This document shows positions 1 through 12,324 of a DNA stretch of 64,000 nucleotides, in pieces. Made by a program: the position numbers and the translations under genes. Below the pieces are notes generated by a model. That model was not told the DNA's origin. It ran no database searches and worked only from the letters and a program-made list of their open reading frames with translations. Numbering within the stretch: the first letter of the stretch is position 1; every line of letters starts with the position of its first letter. Origin of the DNA: Girardia tigrina (Eukaryota); contig MQRK01246435.1 in assembly GCA_001938485.1 (NCBI GenBank), positions 42,449 to 106,448 on the forward strand. Direction: 5' to 3'.

Positions 1-31
<31 letters not shown>

Positions 32-139
32 AATATTATATTTTCTTTAAATAAAACACAAATCATAAATAACTTATTTTATATGATCATATATTTTTTT
101 AAAAAATAATTTTAATAAAGCTTTTTTTAATAAATCTAA

Positions 140-1090
140 TACAGTTCATGTTTCGGAATATGTTATATCATCAGAAATAATATTAATGTTGTAATGTTAT
201 TTTTATTTTTAAAAGGGAAAAATGTTTCACTTATTTATTTTAAGATTTTATTGGATAATAATGGCAAAAAATTAAAAAAAAAATTAAGTTTAAATTTTAA
301 GATTTGAAACGTTTTTGCTTTTTCCATTTTAAATGTTTGTTAAGGGGTTGTAGTTTTGTATTAAAAATGATTCACTGAACAGTCTCTCATAGTGTGAATC
401 AAAGCCCTTCTGTAAAGCAGAAAACACATCCTTTGAAATAAGAAGAGATTCTATTTTTACAACATAACCAATGATCAAGAACCTTACTCGATCGACTTGA
501 TTGTGAATGTTCATTAATCTGGGTTTTGAGATGACGATTTGTCTCTCCAATGAACGAGTTTTTTTACATCCGTGACAATCAAATTCATAAACCAGATTAG
601 CTTGCAATCCAGAAATCGTTTTTGATTTATTCGAAAGAAGTTTTGAATTTTGGATGCCATTGAAATAACTTTGACACTACTTATATTCTTATAATTACTC
701 TTTTTAAATGCTTTAAATCCTTCAGAATATGGTATTTTGATTATTTGTTTGTATTCTTCAATGTTTTCCTCATTTAATTCTCTCTTAACCCGTGTTTGTG
801 TACATAATTTGTTTAATGTAACCTTAATGTTTTGATCTATCTATTTTTTCATATACATGTTATCCTCAAGTGTCATCTAAAAATATTTCAACCATGATTT
901 GCCTTTTCAAAATTGGAGGACAAACTCCAAACTCTGTGAAAACTCCTTTATCATGCCCTCTCTATATCTTTCCTCACAAAAGCTCTGCGGTGTTGTATAG
1001 AGACCTGTATTTGTTGTCTTTCTGTTTAATTCAGTTCGATATTTCCAATTCGTCATAGTGCCAAGAATGTCAAGAAAATTTACTTCCAAA
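140..1090 (-). mobile_element. Penelope-like element, degenerate 3' fragment
   Basis: RT thumb FLDI...YRTELNRKTTNTGLY and GIY-YIG remnant ANLVYEFDCHGC...ESFLIQNYNP; hammerhead relic at about 147-180. Confidence 0.75.
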
Positions 1091-1626
1091 ATAATAATAA
1101 TTAAAATTTTAATTATTTTCAGTTTATTATTACTGTTTTTTCATCATAAAATTAAGCAAAAAGCAAAAGACAGTTTCAGTAAAATCTCTTGAAAATCAAA
1201 ATTACAAAATTAAAAAGTTTTATTTTTGTTGCTTAAAGTTGTACAATGAATATAATTCAATTTTAAACGGAAAGTTCAATAACTCTACAGAATATCACAC
1301 GTCAAATACACTCTCAAATGATGTATTAATATATAATGGTGGCGAGAACCTCAATCAGGATATAGGCCGCATTCACTTCCGATCACAGATTTTACATTCC
1401 CTTCTTTTGAAAACAATAAATTTTAATCTTACAAAAAAAAGAAACTGTAATCCATTACATTTTTCAAACTGGAAACTCGAAAAAATCTTTCTATAAACAT
1501 TAAAATGGTCGAATAATTGTTAAAAACAAATCAAAATTTACAGTGTCACAAATAAACATTTTTCGTTTTTAAATACATCAAAACATAAAATTGGCCACTT
1601 TGAAAAAGAATCTCCGAGAATATATT

Positions 1627-1889
1627 TCAAGATTTCAATTGTTTACACGAATCTATCGGTTTACATTCGACTGTCGAGCCAATCATTGTTGTCTTCCGGT
1701 TGGGTTCCATTTTACCTGAATGGCTTTTGACTTCCGGGAGAATGGGATGGAGATATTTGATATCGAAATAAGTTATTAATAAAACGTGAGATTTGCACGC
1801 TTCGACTCGTCGACGAAGAATATCTGTTTCTTTTTCTAATGCTTCAATAAAACTTGAATCTTCAGGATCCATTTGTTCAACAACGTGTA
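1627..1889 (-). CDS. KIF26: KIF26 last coding exon
   Basis: (L)HVVEQMDPEDSSFIEALEKETDILRRRVEACKSHVLLITYFD...stop; acceptor atttcag; resembles the KIF26 C-terminal domain. Confidence 0.92.
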
Positions 1890-4800
1890 CTGAAATATTA
1901 AGTCATTTCAATTATCAAAAATACTTTCGAATGAAAAATATATTTTAATAAAAATACATAAAATATATATTAGAAAATTATAAATGTAAGATTTTATGAT
2001 TTGTGCATCAAAGAGTCATTAAAGGATTAAACAAATTTGGGTTTATTATTTTCTTTTCTTTCCTACATCAGAAAAGATAATTACTTTTATTAATTTTTAT
2101 TTTTTTTATATTAGATTATTTATCTTCTCTTCGTTTAAGAAAAGAAATTTTATTATTTCAAATTATTAAGTTAATAATGCATATTATTTTGGAAACAGTG
2201 GTTTCCAGGATAATATGAGTAATTAAAAATTAAAATTTAAATTCAAAAAATAGATCAGAATTATTAATTTATAATTATAATAATGTTATTTTCATGAGCC
2301 GTAATAACATTAAAATTATTAACAATACGACCAATTTAGTTTGGCTTAATTTTTTGTGTATATTTACGAATTCTGGTTATCAACTCCCGACAATAATATT
2401 CTAACCCGAAATTAATTTATCCTTTTAGAGATTCGCCAATTTTTGGATTCAAGATTATTTAAAACAATTAAACATTTAATTTGTAATACAGTTCGGTCGT
2501 GAAGATAACTATACATTTTTCATCTTGATTTTCTGTCCTGTAATTCCAATTTTACTAATCAAAGTACCGTTATTATTTACATTGAGAATTTACGTAACGA
2601 GTTTTGACAATTTTTATTACGTATTGAAGACTAATGCAAAACCGCACACCGCCAAACAAACAAAGGAAAAAATCAAAAATCTCGACGCCTTTGAACTTTT
2701 TTCACACCCGGTCTATATTCCGGATCTTGCGCCATCCGAATATCACATTTTCCGCTCTATGGCACACTTTTTTCGTGGTCGGAGTTTCAAAGATCTAACC
2801 GAGGTCGAAAACGGGTGTCACCAGTTCTTCACTTCTAAGAACAAGGATTGGTACCGCAGCGGGATCGCACAACTTGCCCATAGATGAGATCAAGCTATAG
2901 ATTCAAATGGCCTTTACTTTGAAACTTAAATGTTTTTTATTTGTTGTAAAATTATGTTTAAATTTTTAATAAAAAATACGAAAAGACTTTTGGTTCACCC
3001 TAATACTATTGAATTGTAATAGTTAACTTATTTGGCTAATTTTCGGTCATGTTAGTTTTATAACCAAATAAATACCTAATTAACATATTGACATTGTTGA
3101 TATATTTTTTTTATTTTTAAAATTTATTAAAAAAAATCCTTAGTAATAGTCCATATAGTTAATAAAGACTTGGTCAATTTAAGATTAATTTATTTTCTTT
3201 TGAAGACTTATTTAATTAGTACAATTTTTAATTAAGAGATAATAACTGTTAGTTGCATATGCATTATCTTCGATGATATTTGATCCATTTTATTAATGTA
3301 AATTATATACAAATTTAAACAAATTTCTTCTCATTAATTTAATCATTTCGACAAAATCCATTTATTAAATTTTCTTTAAAATCAAATTTCTACTTTTATA
3401 TAAATTTAATTAACTTTCGCTATTTAAAATTTATCTATGAAATTTATTACATTTTTTAAAAAATATTTAACTTATTTTAAATTTAATTTATAATAAACTT
3501 TTTATTTTCAAAATAATTTCGTTAAAAATATTCAACTTATTCTAAATTTTCTTTCTTTCGAAATAATTTCGTTCTACATAATAAAAAGTTTATCCAATTT
3601 ATTGTTTTTGGAAATTCAATTTAATTTCTTGATTAATTTAAAAATTTTTAATAAATATATCGATTTTAAGAAATCTAAACATTATAACTTTCGATTTTTG
3701 TTTATTTTAATTATTATAAAAAGTTTTAGTTTTTTTTAAAAAAAATCATTTTTTTTAACTTATTTTTAAATTTTACATATTTTTTATGTTTAACTCAATT
3801 ATTCAATTTTTTAAATTTAGTTTCGTTCCGATTAGATTCTCTAACTTTCTTCTTAGTTCAACATGCTAAAATCTTTTAGTTTGCCTTTTAGTGTATAAGG
3901 AAACCCTTATTTTCTTTTCTCTGAAAAATTTTAATGTTGATTTTATGTCGAACCAGTTAATTGTTCAACTTATGAAAGAGGTTACACAACTGAAGTGCGT
4001 AGACAACGAGAACTAATCAGATGTCTTAGATTCGGAAAATAATGAAACATCATATGAAATCGTCCTGAAAGGAAAAAATTAAGATGCTATGGTTGTGAAC
4101 AACAGAAACATGTAAGAAGAAACTATCAGAACATTGAATGTCGAAAAATAGGTCACAGAGAAAAAGAATGTTATACAAAACTAAATTGGAGAATAAGACA
4201 GCCAAGTACTGATGGCATTAACCACCAAGGAAGAAGATACAACCAATAATAGAGAGTAATAGAGAGTACATAAGACTATTGGATAATCAAAGATATGAGA
4301 CTAATATCGAAGAAGAATATAAAGAGTCGATAGCAGGAAATTAATACTCAAAAGATAACGGCTCCGCAGAATTGGAAACAGTTGGTGCAATAAATTAAAA
4401 AAATAACTCTGATTCCCAAAGTATTTGTATTTATACTGGAAATAATATACAGTGCGTTCCAAAAGTCAGTTCGCACCCGTTGAAATTTTGATTTATGCTA
4501 TTTATTAAATTTTTTAATTTGTTTAAATGCTTTAATTTAAATAAATTTAGAAAATTTAAAATTGAAATATCAAGACCATCTTTTTTTAAGATGAATTAAT
4601 TAAATGTCTATCTTTTAGATTCAATGACAACTCGAAATATAGATATAAGGTTTAGGATTATTATTGTAGAATTAATGAACGAGGGTCATTGAACGGGTCG
4701 GATACAAGAAATTATGAAGGTTAGACATGGTATTATTGTTTCAAGACATTAGGTACATATGAAGATAAAAAACGTGGTGGACGACCTTCAAAATTACCAA

Positions 4801-7800
4801 AACGTTCTGAAAGAATTATTCGCCGTATATGCTTGAAAAATAGGCGTATGTCGATAAGTAAAATAACAGGAGCTTTCAATGCAGCTGGAATGATACATGC
4901 ATCACGAAGTACAGTGAATAGAATTTTGATAAAGTACGGCTTAAAAAGTCATTATGTTGTTTGCAAGCCTTTATTGAATGGAAAGCAACGAAAAAGAAGA
5001 GTTGAATGTGCTCGGGAAAAACAAAATTGGAATATCGATAAGTGGTCGAATGTAGTTTTTAGCGATGAATCTATGTTCCGCACATATAGTCACACTCGTA
5101 GCGAAAACGTTAGAAGGTTTGACAATGAAAGGCTTAGTCACATTTGTACTAAGAAGGTCCTCCAACACAGTGCCAAAGTTCATGTATGGGGATCTTTCTC
5201 CAGATTTGGTGTTGGTATCTTAAAACGGATAAACGGAGATTTAAATTCGAAGAACTATCAAGACCTAATTATCAATAACATAGACATTATAGGGCAATGC
5301 TTGGTATTCCCTCTTCAAAATTTTATATTTCAGCAAGACAATGCGCCTTGCCATCGATCAGCATCAACAGTGTCTTTTTTTTAAACAAAGAAGATAAATA
5401 TTCTTGATTGGCCTGCCAACTCACCAGATGTAAACCCAATTGAGAATTTGTGGTGTATTATAAATAGAAAAATAAATAATATGGATACTTTGAATTCAGA
5501 GAAAATGTGGATAGAAATACAAAAGTTATGGTACAACATACCAAGTTCTTTATGTCGTCGACTTGTCGATTCGATGCCGCGAAGGGTGTCTTCAATCATC
5601 AAGATGAAAGGATACCACACAAAATATTAAAAATAACATTTTTATTTGTAAATATAATATTTACTTCCACTTCATCGTCTTTTTACTTTTAGGAAATTTG
5701 TATAAGTGATGATTTTTATGGGTGCGAACAGACTTTTGGAACACACTGTATCAACTATTATATACATAGTGATAGGGGATGAGAACAATATTGAGAAAAT
5801 GTAAGAAGGTATAAATTAATAAGTATGGAAACTGGTAGAAAATTAAAATAAATATCATTGAATTGATTATTATAAGGAAGTTGAAAATTTTAATAAATTT
5901 TTTATGTAAATAAATTGTTATTTGTGTTAATAAAAATGTTATCATTATGAATTCTAATTCGAATATCGAAAACGATATAAATGCAACTAACACATTGAAT
6001 AATCTTCCATAAAGTTTTTTTATGATAAATTAGTATTTTTAATTAACTCGAATAGTAGGATTCATTATTCCTTCATTTTTGGAATAAACTAATATTTTTA
6101 TCTTTTTATTATGCATATTCTCCATTATTGATGTGAGGGATAATTTGGAATGTTGTAAGTTTGTTGTTTGCATGCTGTTTAGATTTGTGACTCTCCTACT
6201 CAGATGGGATTGATATGTTTATTGATTGATTATTTGAATCTAATGAAATTAATTTCATGATATTAATTTTAAGTACTAATTAATTAAAGTTTTATAATTA
6301 TGAATTTTAATAATATTTTTAGTAAACGATTTTAACTTATTAAATTTAATACATTTTAAAAATTAATGTTCATTTAAAAAATTACATAATGCCTTTTTAT
6401 CCAATAAAATTTAAGAAATTAAAAATTAATATTAAAAAAATTTCCATTGATTGTTTTTTTTAGATTTGAATACATAATCAAAAACTATATCAATCAAAGA
6501 AACATGACCTCTGAAAATTGTTGTGAAGAATCTGTTTGTGTTGGAAATAAATGTTTACATTCAAATTGTGCTGTTGTTAATAATATATATTCACTTTGAT
6601 ACATCAAAATAATAATATTAACAATAATAATATTAATAATTTTACAGTCATAACTCCATGAGGTTGGATCCACTAGTATTCGTTCTTTAGATTGAAGTAA
6701 TTCGGTTTTGAGGACGTCTTGCTGTGCGAGGAGATCGTATATCTTTTCGAATTGGATTTGTTTTGAAATTTTCTAAAAGTAATTGTTTATTAATTTATTT
6801 AAATATATTGAATAAGTATAATTATCTTAAGATAAATACTAAGATGTGTAAAGATTCTTAACTAATAATAAATAATTAAGAACTTATTCTTCTTATTATG
6901 CAGTGTTCATTAATGATTTATCACCTCTACTTTTACGAAACGAACTGCGTAAACCTTTCAAAAAGTCGTAGTAATCGAAAAGAAACAAAAGTTTAGGACA
7001 AAAATTCAAAAAAAATATTTAAATAACTGTTAGGTTCGTGATCAACGACAGAATGCATAACACAAATATTTATTAATTTAACAAATTTATATTTTCAAAC
7101 AAATTTATGAGGACCGATGTTTTCTTATTTCGCACAAACCAGTCATCAAAATTGCTAAACATAAATATCAATTTATAAATTTTAATTAAATTATAAATAT
7201 TTATACGTTATTTACTAAAAATTTTAATATTTTAAATTTACGACTTTATTTACGACTACATAGTATAAATGTGTTCAAGTGCAATTTTTGGTAAGCAGAA
7301 CTGGCGATGTGGGATGAAGGAAACATCTGGTTAAGATGTCTAACATTACTCTCAATAAAAATTAAAATCCTAATATTTTTATAAACAAAAACACGCCATT
7401 TGTAAAATTTATTTTTTATGACAATTAATTTCGACGGTATAACCGTCATCGTCAGGTCTCAAGAAAGAAATGAATTATAAATCTGCTTATATAGGCAAGC
7501 AGTGATTATGTCATCAATGGATTATTATGTCATCTAAACACGCTCAATAGGGTTTTCGAGAGACCCGTTTGCCCATTAATCTGAGGATCTAAAGATCTGA
7601 TATAAAGTGCTTCACAGGTCACCATCTCCCAATGGTTCTTAAAACGAGAACACAGAATTTTAAAATCATTTATGTTTATGTTTTCATTCGACTTACAACC
7701 CTTTCTGTGAACTGCAATATTACTCCCACCTACATTCCGACCATGTTCTTGGATTCTCTTACAAAGATGACGGGACGTCTCTCCAATGTATGTGGCATTA

Positions 7801-10800
7801 CACCCATTACATGTAAATTTATATACGAGANNNNNNNNNNNNNNNNNNNNNNNNNNNNNNNNNNNNNNNNNNNNNNNNNNATTTGGATTATGTTCGGATC
7901 TCGTATATAAATTTACATGTAATGGGTGTAATGCCACGTACATTGGAGAGACGTCCCGTCATCTTTGTAAGAGAATCCAAGAACATGGTCGGAATGTAGA
8001 AGGGAGTAATATTGCAGAACACAGAAAGGGTTGTAAGTCGAATGAAAACATAAACATAAATGATTTTAAAATTCTGTGTTCTCTTTTTAAAAACTATTGG
8101 GAGAGGGTGGCCTGTGAAGCACTTTATATCAGATCTTTAGATCCTCAGATTAATGTGCAAACGGGTCTCTAGAAAACCCTATTAAGCGTGTTTAGATGAC
8201 ATAACAATCCATTGATGACATAATCACTGCTTGCCTATATAAGCAGATTTATAATTCATTTCTTTCTTGAGACCTGACAATGACGGTTATACCGTCGAAA
8301 TTAATTGTCATAAAAAATAAATTTTACAAATGTCGTGTTTTTGTTTATAAACATAATTTGCCATTATTTTCTAATATTTTTACTAATTTATTTTATGTAA
8401 TTCACCATTTAAAAATCTTTCGTACATAATGTTTTACTTTCTTTACTTAACCATACGTTTAAATATTATATTAATTTTAGAGTTAAATTATATGATTTCA
8501 CTCTTTTTTTAAATTTTCGAGTTGTTCTATAATTTAACGTGAATTATGAAGCAAATTTTTATTTTTAAAATTATTGAATTTCATCTTTAAAATTCTTTTC
8601 AATAAACTTCTAATTTTAAATATTTTAGATATTTTTGATTTTCAATTATTCAATATTTTACTTTGTTAATATTAAAAGAAAGCTTTAATTTTACATTTAC
8701 GTAAAAATATATGAAAAAAGTAATATTTTATTTTTCTTAAAAAACAAAAATATTAGATTAATAATAAAAAATAATTGTAATTTATAAAATCAAATGAATA
8801 AAAAAATTAATAATTTTATTTTAAATTATACATATATATAATTGTTTTAATTCAAAAAAAGTTGATAGAATTTTGTTTTTTTTCTCAAAATATTAAATAA
8901 AATATGAATATTTTTTTTATATTTTTTTTCAATATTCAATGAAATAAATAATATTAATTGGGAAATAATAGTTGAATATATTTATTAAATTTAGTTGAAT
9001 GAAATTTATTGCCAACACATGTAGAAAAAATAATTAAAATAGATAATAAAATATCCACTGTTAAAAATTAAAATTCAATCAGTTTTGAATTACAGATTTT
9101 CACGGCTCATATCATTTAGAAATTATTTTTATATTTTATATGAAAATATTTTTATGAAAATATTTCAATTTAATATTTCTTTCTTTTCATAAATAATACG
9201 AAATGAATAAGAAAAAATATCATTTATAAAAAAATATTAAAAAAAAATTTAAAAAAATGAAAATATTCTTTTTTAGAGGAATGTTTAGAATTTATCTTTA
9301 CTCATTTATGTTTTCCCCTTAAAATAGATCTAAAATTATTACTTTTTTAATTTATTTTTTTAACATATAAAAAACGATAGAGAATATCGTTCTTTATTCT
9401 CCTATGCTTTCTTCATTTGATGCATTTTTTTTATTTTCAAAACAATACAAAAATTCAAACATGTGGAAATTTATTTTATTGTAATTGTATTTGTATTAAA
9501 ATTTTGTTATTCTTAAAATGTATAATCTAGGAAATATAACAGTTGGCGACATAACTTGTAGGGATTATATATTTGTTCTTTTCAGTTCTCCAACTGCTAT
9601 TCTGATGGTATAATCTTCCCCAAAAGAAAAATTCTATTCAAATTTTATTTCAGTGAAGATTAAAAAAAATTAAAATAATGTAAAAGTATCCCTTCAAAGA
9701 AAAATTTCAAAAATTTTCTGTTTCAGTTAATAACAACAATGAAATTATGAAATATTTTTGAATTTAACTAAAAAAATAAAATAATACTCCGACGCAACAA
9801 AATATATATTATTTATAAAGTTTCTATTGTAAAAATTTATAAAAAAATATTTAAAACTCAACGACAATTTTAGAAAATTTTTAAATATTTAATATTTCCT
9901 ATATTTGATATAAAATAATAAATAAATATTTATTATTTTTCTTAAATTAATTATAAAAATAAAATAAATTAATTAATACTTTTACTAATAATAAAAATTA
10001 GTTTTTTACCAATGTAAAAGTATAATTAAATGTAAAAGATAATTATTTATCAAACGTTTTCTGGAGCGGTTAAATTTCGGAAATTTATTTATGAATTTAA
10101 AAGGTAAAATTTTTAAATCAATGATAAATATTTGTTTAATATTCGAATAAAATTATAACAAGAATGAAAATCAAACATTTATTGCTACTGGGCAATTATT
10201 TGAGGGGGAAAAAATTAAAATATTTAATAAACTATCAGACGAAAAATATCTTTTTCTGTGTTTTGAAAATTTGGAATGAAACCGATTCTCTTTTATTGGA
10301 GGGAAATCATGAAATTCCCCCAAAAAAATAAAATCCTAATTTAATTATATTTGATACAATGTTTATTAATTCTTGGAAATTAATTCATCTTTAAAAAATA
10401 TGGAAAAGATAAAATGAAATTAAAATTACATTTAAAAAAAAATGGACAAATTTTTTTGGACATAAATAATAATTTTTCTTCAGGAAGTTTTCTTTTGTTT
10501 TATTTTTTTTTACCAGATTAATTATACATAAAAATACTGGATTATATTACTATTACCTTATTTATTTATTTAAACTTTTATTTAAATATAAAGATTTTAT
10601 AATAATATTGAAGAAAACTAATAATATGAATCTTAATGTGGGTTTTCGTCTTGAATAAATATAAATACATATAAGCAAAATAGTTACAAAACTATTAAAA
10701 CGTATATTTTCAGCAAAATACAATGGAAGGAGAGAAAAAGAAGAGTTGCAACATGAAGATCATAAATAAAAGAAAGTAGCTGTTAACCCTTTAGATGCCG

Positions 10801-12282
10801 CGAGATTTTAATGTTGTCAAAATATATTTCTATCGCTCCAATTCAGGTTTAAGATAATATATAGCGATATTAAGATATTAAATATTCGATCTTAGCTTGT
10901 AAAAAATACCAAAGTATAGCGAGTTAACTAGCTTATTTTGTATGAGTTACGTGGCGCGAGTTAACTCGCTTATGGCCCTTAAATGGGTAAAAAGAACTCG
11001 AGAAAGAATTCATGAATAATAACTTTGGTTTATACGATAAATAATTATTCTGTTTTTAGTTTTCAATGTTTTATCGATTTTATCATCGATTCTATTTTTA
11101 CATGCTTTACATTAGCTAGCTTTCTTTATATGTGTCTGTAGTGGTCAATTATATATATATAATTTACCTTAGTTATATAAACGATACTATGATGATATAT
11201 TCCTAGTTTTTAAAAATCAGGCTGATGTACTTCCATTTTTAAATTTTATGAATTCGTTACATTCAAATGTTACTTTCACAGTTGAAAATGAAAAGAATGG
11301 AGTCTTACCTTTTCTGGATCTTTTGGTTGAAAGAAAATTTCTTGGTTACGAGACTGGAATTTATAGGAAGCAAACTGATACAGGTTTATATACTTCACCA
11401 GATAGTTTTTGTGAATTTAAGTATAAAAGAAACATGATTAAAGGTTTAATTTATCGCTCCTGGTCGTTGTCTTCCACTTTTGTTAAATCTGTAGAAAGTG
11501 TTAATAAACTAAGTTCGTTGCTAAATAAGAATGGTTATTCTAAATCTTTTCTAGAAAAAATTAATAAAGGAAACAGTAGATAAAATACTTTTGAAAGATT
11601 TTTCGAAAAATCTGAGTTTGGCTTCTCCTGATGGATCTAAGAAAGAAATCGAAGGGTCAATAGATATGAATAATATGCTTAAATATTGTTTAATTGTACC
11701 TTATTCTGAAGGATTTAAAAACTTTAAAAATGAATTGTTAAAAGCTACTAATAATGAATTAAATTTAAAAATTATATCACGATCTCATAAAATTCAAAAT
11801 ATGTTCAATAATAAATCTATTACACCTTTAACACTTTGTTCTGATATTGTTTATGAATATAAATGTAATGGGTGCGATGCCACATATATTGGAGAGACTT
11901 TCCGTCATCTCTGTAAACGAATTCAAGGACATGGTGGAAAAGAGAGTAAGAGTAATATTGCAGAACATAGGAAAAAATATAAATGTGGTGTTAATTTTGA
12001 TAATTTCAAAATTCTGTGTAAGCATTTTGACAGTTATTGGGACAGAGTGTCGTGTGAAGCATTGTTAATTAGGTCACGTTGCCCTAAAATCAATGTTCAA
12101 TCGGCAGTCTCAACCAGCTTATTGAAAATTTTTGATTAGCATGATTTCATTCAATCGATTACATAATCATCATTTTTGTATTTATATACAGGTGAATTGA
12201 TTATTAATTAGTGACCAGAAGATGACGGTTGATCCGTCGAAATATATTGTCGTAAAATATATTTTTAAATGGATGACTTTGG

Positions 12283-12324
<42 letters not shown>

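Larger units (their letters stand above)
7382..8370. mobile_element. Penelope-like element: two inverted 3' ends (GIY-YIG + pLTR)
   Basis: Near-identical inverted arms around an N gap; LVYKFTCNGCNATYIGETSRHL; 12-bp direct repeat CTAATATTTTTA at 7370-7381 and 8371-8382. Confidence 0.9.

Noticed and set aside
6207-6470. U12-type intron in the unclassified element (RTATTTT donor-like, TTTTAAC branch-like)
   Set aside because: It lacks the CC of RTATCCTT and TCCTTAAC, and these words are common in DNA this AT-rich.
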